DNA of 64,000 nt from contig DAOVER010000003.1 in NCBI GenBank assembly GCA_030668875.1, positions 3,395 through 67,394 on the forward strand, in the 5' to 3' direction. Source of the DNA: Candidatus Heimdallarchaeota archaeon (GTDB lineage: Archaea; Asgardarchaeota; Heimdallarchaeia; Heimdallarchaeales; Heimdallarchaeaceae). This document shows, one piece after another, positions 59,810-64,000 of this stretch (position 1 is the stretch's first letter; the number at the start of each line of letters is the position of its first letter). The notes beneath the pieces are model-generated. The model did not search any database. It worked only from the letters and a program-made list of their open reading frames with translations, and was not told where the DNA came from. The position numbers were made by a program, and so were the translations under genes.

Positions 59810-60877
59810 ATGACGAGATTTGATCAAGGTCCTTCCTTTAATAAGTACAAAAGAGAACTCTCTACTTCATCAAAAAATGTAAAGAATTCTCTAGTTTTTA
59901 TTCTCATTTTAGGTTTTGTACTAACTATCACATCTATACTTAGTATATTTTTTATTATTATTCCTTCAAGTTTTACCGTAATGGAATTAGATCTCCTCTC
60001 TTTATATGCTATAGAGATTATTTCAGACTTTTATGCTCTGAATGCTGTATTATTCATTATTTTTGCTATTTCAGAAATAATATTTCTCGGTTTTTTCGCT
60101 TTCTATCTCGTCCAAATCTCTTTGCATGCTAGGAACCATTTTAAAATTTATAGTCTAGAGAGGGAAGAAAAAAGGTTCCAATACACTGGACTGTTTCTTA
60201 TCCTTTACGTAATATTTTCATTGTTAGGATTTATTCCTATCAATTATCTAAATACGACTATGTTTTTTATTGGTAATATTATGTTGTTTCTGGCTCTGTT
60301 CATGAACTTTAGAATTTTCCAAACTTTCCAAAATCAGATGAGATTCATCAAAAAGCCATCCTTCCTTCCGTTGATAGGAGGCACTATCAATATTCTCTCT
60401 TGGATAGTCATGTATTTTACAATTATAGGTATTTATGGAAATTTAATAGGATTATTTCTAATCTTTTTAGGATTCAGAAAATTGGTTGTTGATTTCAAGC
60501 TTATTACCACTGAAAGTAAATCCTTTATAAAGGATCCAAGTGCTCCAGCTCCTGCTACACCTATCCCAAAAGCTCCAAGTATTTACAATAGAACTATGAT
60601 ACAAGATGAGGCACCTAAACCTACTCCAATTGAAGACTCATCCGTTGTTCCATCAGCTGTTCCTGAACCTACCCCAATTGAAGATCCAACATCTTCTCTT
60701 CCTATTGCACCTAAGCCTTCTTTTACTCCTGCTCCATCAATAGATGCTCCCACCTTAACAGCTCCGAAACCTTTAGATATAAACCAAAAGTTCTGCCCAA
60801 ACTGTAAAGGTGTTGTCTACAAAACTGACAGAGTATGCAATAATTGTAATGCTGACTTAACTCAATCACAAAGCTAA
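59810..60877 (+). CDS. Membrane protein with Pro/Thr-rich linker and C-terminal zinc ribbon
   Basis: 6 TM; PAPATPIPKAPS...PEPTPIEDP repeats; C-terminal CPNCKGVVYKTDRVCNNCNADL. Confidence 0.4.
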   Translation: MTRFDQGPSFNKYKRELSTSSKNVKNSLVFILILGFVLTITSILSIFFIIIPSSFTVMELDLLSLYAIEIISDFYALNAVLFIIFAISEIIFLGFFAFYLVQISLHARNHFKIYSLEREEKRFQYTGLFLILYVIFSLLGFIPINYLNTTMFFIGNIMLFLALFMNFRIFQTFQNQMRFIKKPSFLPLIGGTINILSWIVMYFTIIGIYGNLIGLFLIFLGFRKLVVDFKLITTESKSFIKDPSAPAPATPIPKAPSIYNRTMIQDEAPKPTPIEDSSVVPSAVPEPTPIEDPTSSLPIAPKPSFTPAPSIDAPTLTAPKPLDINQKFCPNCKGVVYKTDRVCNNCNADLTQSQS

Positions 60878-60924
60878 AGTTATTTTCTTGTATAACGGAT
60901 ATTGATTGATAACATCTCCTCTTC

Positions 60925-60990
60925 CAGCTGTTCCTGAACCCTCTCTCATTGGTGAACCATCAATAGAAGCTCCATCCTTGACAGCTCCAA
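60925..60990 (+). repeat. Decayed partial copy of the 3' coding region of the upstream gene (compare 60650-60790)
   Basis: cagctgttcctgaacc...atcaatagaagctccatccttgacagctccaaaacc vs cagctgttcctgaacc...atcaatagatgctcccaccttaacagctccgaaacc. Confidence 0.5.
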
Positions 60991-61060
60991 AACCATTATG
61001 ACTCATAAGTTTAATAAGAAAAATATCCTTGATTAAATTAATTCAAACACTTAGTAGTTT

Positions 61061-61624
61061 CTATTCAATTCCAGATTCCAGTTTCCTTAAATCTCTATTG
61101 AATAGGATTATAGTTTTGATTCTCATATAAATGATGCTTATTACTTTGAGCAGTATAATTAAGAGTGATAAAGAAAAAAACATTGAAATCTGGTCTGTCA
61201 TGTCTATAGAGCCTTGATAGTTGAATGAATATCTTATGATGATATTTATTTCAAAAAACATAATCAATATTTGAGAAAACAACGATGCAAATAGAAGCGG
61301 TTTTACTTTATTATACGTTTTTAGAGAAATAATGAATATGCAAATTGTTAATAAAATAAGAATGGTTACTGGTATTAAATCTGATCGAGAAAACATTATC
61401 CTATAAAATGAGGACCCTATACTAATGAGTGACCTATCGCTCTCAAATACAACCAGGTAGTTTAATATTGGTAGTAATATCAATGAGTACACGAAAAACC
61501 ACTTATCTAATTTCGTCTCATCTGTGAACAATGTCTTCAAGGAATGTGACAAAGCTTTAAGGTTTTTCCATGATAGATTCCACTTGATTTTTCTTATACC
61601 TCTGATTATAGGCATCATAACCAC
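61061..61624 (-). CDS. Hypothetical membrane protein (downstream of the ABC transporter genes)
   Basis: ORF track; 4 TM. Confidence 0.3.
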   Translation of the reverse strand: MVMMPIIRGIRKIKWNLSWKNLKALSHSLKTLFTDETKLDKWFFVYSLILLPILNYLVVFESDRSLISIGSSFYRIMFSRSDLIPVTILILLTICIFIISLKTYNKVKPLLFASLFSQILIMFFEINIIIRYSFNYQGSIDMTDQISMFFSLSLLIILLKVISIIYMRIKTIILFNRDLRKLESGIE

Positions 61625-61696
61625 TATTCCGGAATCAGCTCTCTACCGAATATATATTACTATCGTTAAAAAATGAAGAAAAGTGTGATTGAAGCC

Positions 61697-62524
61697 TTAA
61701 TACTTCAATTCTCTTTTTTGGAATATTAGTAATGCACCTATTAGAGCTGCTAGGCCCACTCCTAGTAACACAAAGAAATCTCCTACAGGGAAAGTTCCTG
61801 ATGACACAATTGCTGCAAAGTTCATATAATTAAAGACAGAGAAGTATTTTATAATTTCTACTGATTCTGTCATGTCACCAATCCTAAACAGAAGGAACAT
61901 GCCAAATATTACAGTTGCTGATACTCCTAAAGCTTTTCTTGGATCTAATATTAAAACTGAACAAAACAGAGCAATAGCCCCTAAACTGAAAAAAAGCATC
62001 CAAGTTCCAATCATTGAATAAGTTAATGCTAAATAATCAAATTCAACATTTAGATGAGCATAGTTATATTGTAAGTATTCAGTACTGATGAAAGTAAACA
62101 GCATTAGTAATAATGGGTAGAGTAAACTATAGAACAGATACACGCTGAATTTCTCTAACAAAAATCTCCAACGAGGGATAGGATAGCTTAATGTCACGTC
62201 AAGAGTTTTCTTGTTGATCTCCTCAGTTATAATTTTTGTTGGAATGAAAATTGTGACAGCAATAATATAATATTCAAGCATTATACTCATATACATCTGA
62301 TGTGCTCCGGGCCATACTGCGATATTAAAAATACCCATATCTCCTAGCATAGCTGCATATACTGGGCTTTCAAGAATTACAGCGAATAAGTCAGCTGCTT
62401 CTCTCATGTCAGGCCAGATTGCTGCTATTAAAAGAACAAATAATCCGAGTGAAAGAGGAATTATAATTCCAGCTTTCCATTTTTTTACTAAGTTTTTTAG
62501 AAATATATGTACCATATTTTTCAC
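61697..62524 (-). CDS. ABC-2 type transporter permease
   Basis: 6 TM, about 275 aa; start abuts the stop of the ATPase gene (62524/62525). Confidence 0.5.
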   Translation of the reverse strand: MKNMVHIFLKNLVKKWKAGIIIPLSLGLFVLLIAAIWPDMREAADLFAVILESPVYAAMLGDMGIFNIAVWPGAHQMYMSIMLEYYIIAVTIFIPTKIITEEINKKTLDVTLSYPIPRWRFLLEKFSVYLFYSLLYPLLLMLFTFISTEYLQYNYAHLNVEFDYLALTYSMIGTWMLFFSLGAIALFCSVLILDPRKALGVSATVIFGMFLLFRIGDMTESVEIIKYFSVFNYMNFAAIVSSGTFPVGDFFVLLGVGLAALIGALLIFQKRELKY

Positions 62525-63454
62525 CTAATCGTAATAATGTAAGAAGATTTCTTCCAAGCTTGCGTCTTCAATTGACAATCTCTCTATTTCATATCCTTTC
62601 AACCAATTTATGAGGTCATCAATATTCTCCTTTATTTTGAGTTTGAAGTCTCCGTTATTTTTTTGATTTGCATCTAAAACAAAATCAAGCTCCTTTATTT
62701 CTTCTAATTGCGGCACTTTGCTAGAGGAAAATCTCACAAATACATGCTGTAAGAATTTTTTCCTGAGGTTTTCTACATCCTCAACAAGAACCATCTCGCC
62801 ATTCTTTATAATGCCAACTCTATCACAGATAGCTTGTACTTCAGTTAAATCATGAGAACTAAGAAAAATAGTTACACCTTCTTTTTTAAGACGTTTTAAT
62901 AATTTATGAAATTTGGCTGTAATCAAAGGGTCCAGTCCTGAACTGGGTTCATCTAGAATTAGAAATTCAGGTTTAGAAGCTAAAGCTAAGATGATTCCTA
63001 CCTGTTGTCTGTTACCTGAGGATAACGTTCTTGTTTTTTGTTTTAGATTTACTGTAAAAATTGTTCTCAATTCTTCTAATAATTCTAAATTATTTTGTCG
63101 GAAATGGTTGAAATATTTAATAAGTTCTTCTCCTGTGAAATTGTCATAAACCGCTAAATCACCTGGTATATAGCCTATTCTTTTTCTTATTTCTAGAGAA
63201 TTTTTTCTATGGTCTAGACCAAAGACGCTAATTTCTCCCTCTTCAATCCTTAGATAATTCAATATTGATCTCATAACTGTGGTTTTTCCAGCTCCATTCG
63301 GACCTAAAAACCCGAAAATTTCGCCTTTAGAAACTGAAAAACTTACATTTTGAGCTCCGATAATCTTCTTACCGAATTTTCTTAAACCTAAATGTATCTC
63401 TCTTCCGTAAACTTTTGTTAGATTGCTTACTTGAAGAACCGTTGCTTGTGTCAT
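62525..63454 (-). CDS. ABC transporter ATP-binding protein
   Basis: Walker A GPNGAGKTT, signature LSSGNRQQV, Walker B LILDEPSSGLD, H-loop SSHDL. Confidence 0.85.
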   Translation of the reverse strand: MTQATVLQVSNLTKVYGREIHLGLRKFGKKIIGAQNVSFSVSKGEIFGFLGPNGAGKTTVMRSILNYLRIEEGEISVFGLDHRKNSLEIRKRIGYIPGDLAVYDNFTGEELIKYFNHFRQNNLELLEELRTIFTVNLKQKTRTLSSGNRQQVGIILALASKPEFLILDEPSSGLDPLITAKFHKLLKRLKKEGVTIFLSSHDLTEVQAICDRVGIIKNGEMVLVEDVENLRKKFLQHVFVRFSSSKVPQLEEIKELDFVLDANQKNNGDFKLKIKENIDDLINWLKGYEIERLSIEDASLEEIFLHYYD

Positions 63455-63484
63455 TGCTCTCTGATTGCTTTTCAGATAGGATAT

Positions 63485-64000
63485 TTATATGTTTTCTATT
63501 CTGGTTTTTATCCTTCCTATTGCTTCTTTTATCGTTTCTAATTTTTGTGAGTAAGAGAATCTAAGATATTTTCTTCCTGATTTCTTAGTATTATTATCTC
63601 CATAGAAACTTGTTCCAGGCACTGTTGCGACTCCTTTATCCTTAACTAGAAAATCAGCAAATTCCAAATCTGTTTGACCAAAGGAACTAATATCTGCAAA
63701 CACATAGTATGCCCCTGAAGGAATGAAAGTATCAAATCCTATATTGTTTAATTCTTTTGTTAGGAAATCTCTGTTTGTTCGATATCTTTGCTTTAACTCA
63801 TCGAAATAATCCTCTTTAAGATTAAAGGATTCAAGAACGGAATATTGTAAAGGTGACGGGGCACAAACTGTTAGATAATCATGCACTTTCCTAACTCCTG
63901 ACATTAATTCCTTCTCAGCTGCAGCATAACCTATTCTCCAACCTGTTATAGAAAATGTTTTACTGAATCCTGAAATTGTAATTGTTCTTTCGTACATATC
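63485..64000 (-). CDS. Class I/II aminotransferase, C-terminal part (gene continues past the window end)
   Basis: FSKTFSITGWRIGYAAA (PLP-Lys SxSKxxxxxGxRxGY motif); the frame is open to the window edge. Confidence 0.6.
   Translation of the reverse strand, partial: DMYERTITISGFSKTFSITGWRIGYAAAEKELMSGVRKVHDYLTVCAPSPLQYSVLESFNLKEDYFDELKQRYRTNRDFLTKELNNIGFDTFIPSGAYYVFADISSFGQTDLEFADFLVKDKGVATVPGTSFYGDNNTKKSGRKYLRFSYSQKLETIKEAIGRIKTRIENI

Noticed and set aside
1-64000. Searched for tRNA genes (GTTCGAATC / GTTCAAATC T-arm words and GC-rich 75-nt islands), rRNA and CRISPR repeat-spacer periodicity
   Set aside because: None found by eye. The only GC-rich islands are 48216-48553 and 57940-58020, and neither has tRNA architecture. 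A tRNAscan or Infernal run could still find divergent tRNAs that I missed.

Overview
This AT-rich window (roughly 30% GC) looks archaeal, and I infer it comes from an Asgard (Loki-like) archaeon. The basis is a TATA-box binding protein (TBP), a protein with strong eukaryotic-actin motifs, and three Ras/Rab-like small GTPases; many genes use GTG start codons. Other content: serA plus a class V aminotransferase (serine biosynthesis), ketopantoate reductase, five more aminotransferases, a translationally coupled larE-larC-larB operon for the nickel-pincer cofactor, a glutaredoxin-thioredoxin reductase fusion, a glycoside hydrolase family 127 (GH127)-like hydrolase, a P-type ATPase, S8 and S9 peptidases, a histidine kinase, a lone serine recombinase, an ABC transporter, and bacterial-type lipid genes (PlsY-like, DegV, ACP-like). 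A roughly 340-bp GC-rich segment with complementary termini (48216-48553) is the only strong ncRNA candidate (RNase P RNA or SRP RNA; strand unresolved). I found no tRNA, rRNA or CRISPR array. The window also shows repeated signs of gene decay and duplication. Two genes have a long open frame with no ATG, GTG or TTG (a clan CD peptidase and a beta-helix surface-protein paralog). An ArsB/NhaD-type permease is split by one in-frame TAA and one frameshift. There is a nitroreductase fragment, and three cases where a decayed copy of a gene's 3' end lies beside the parent gene. All calls rest on motif recognition by eye; no database search was run.
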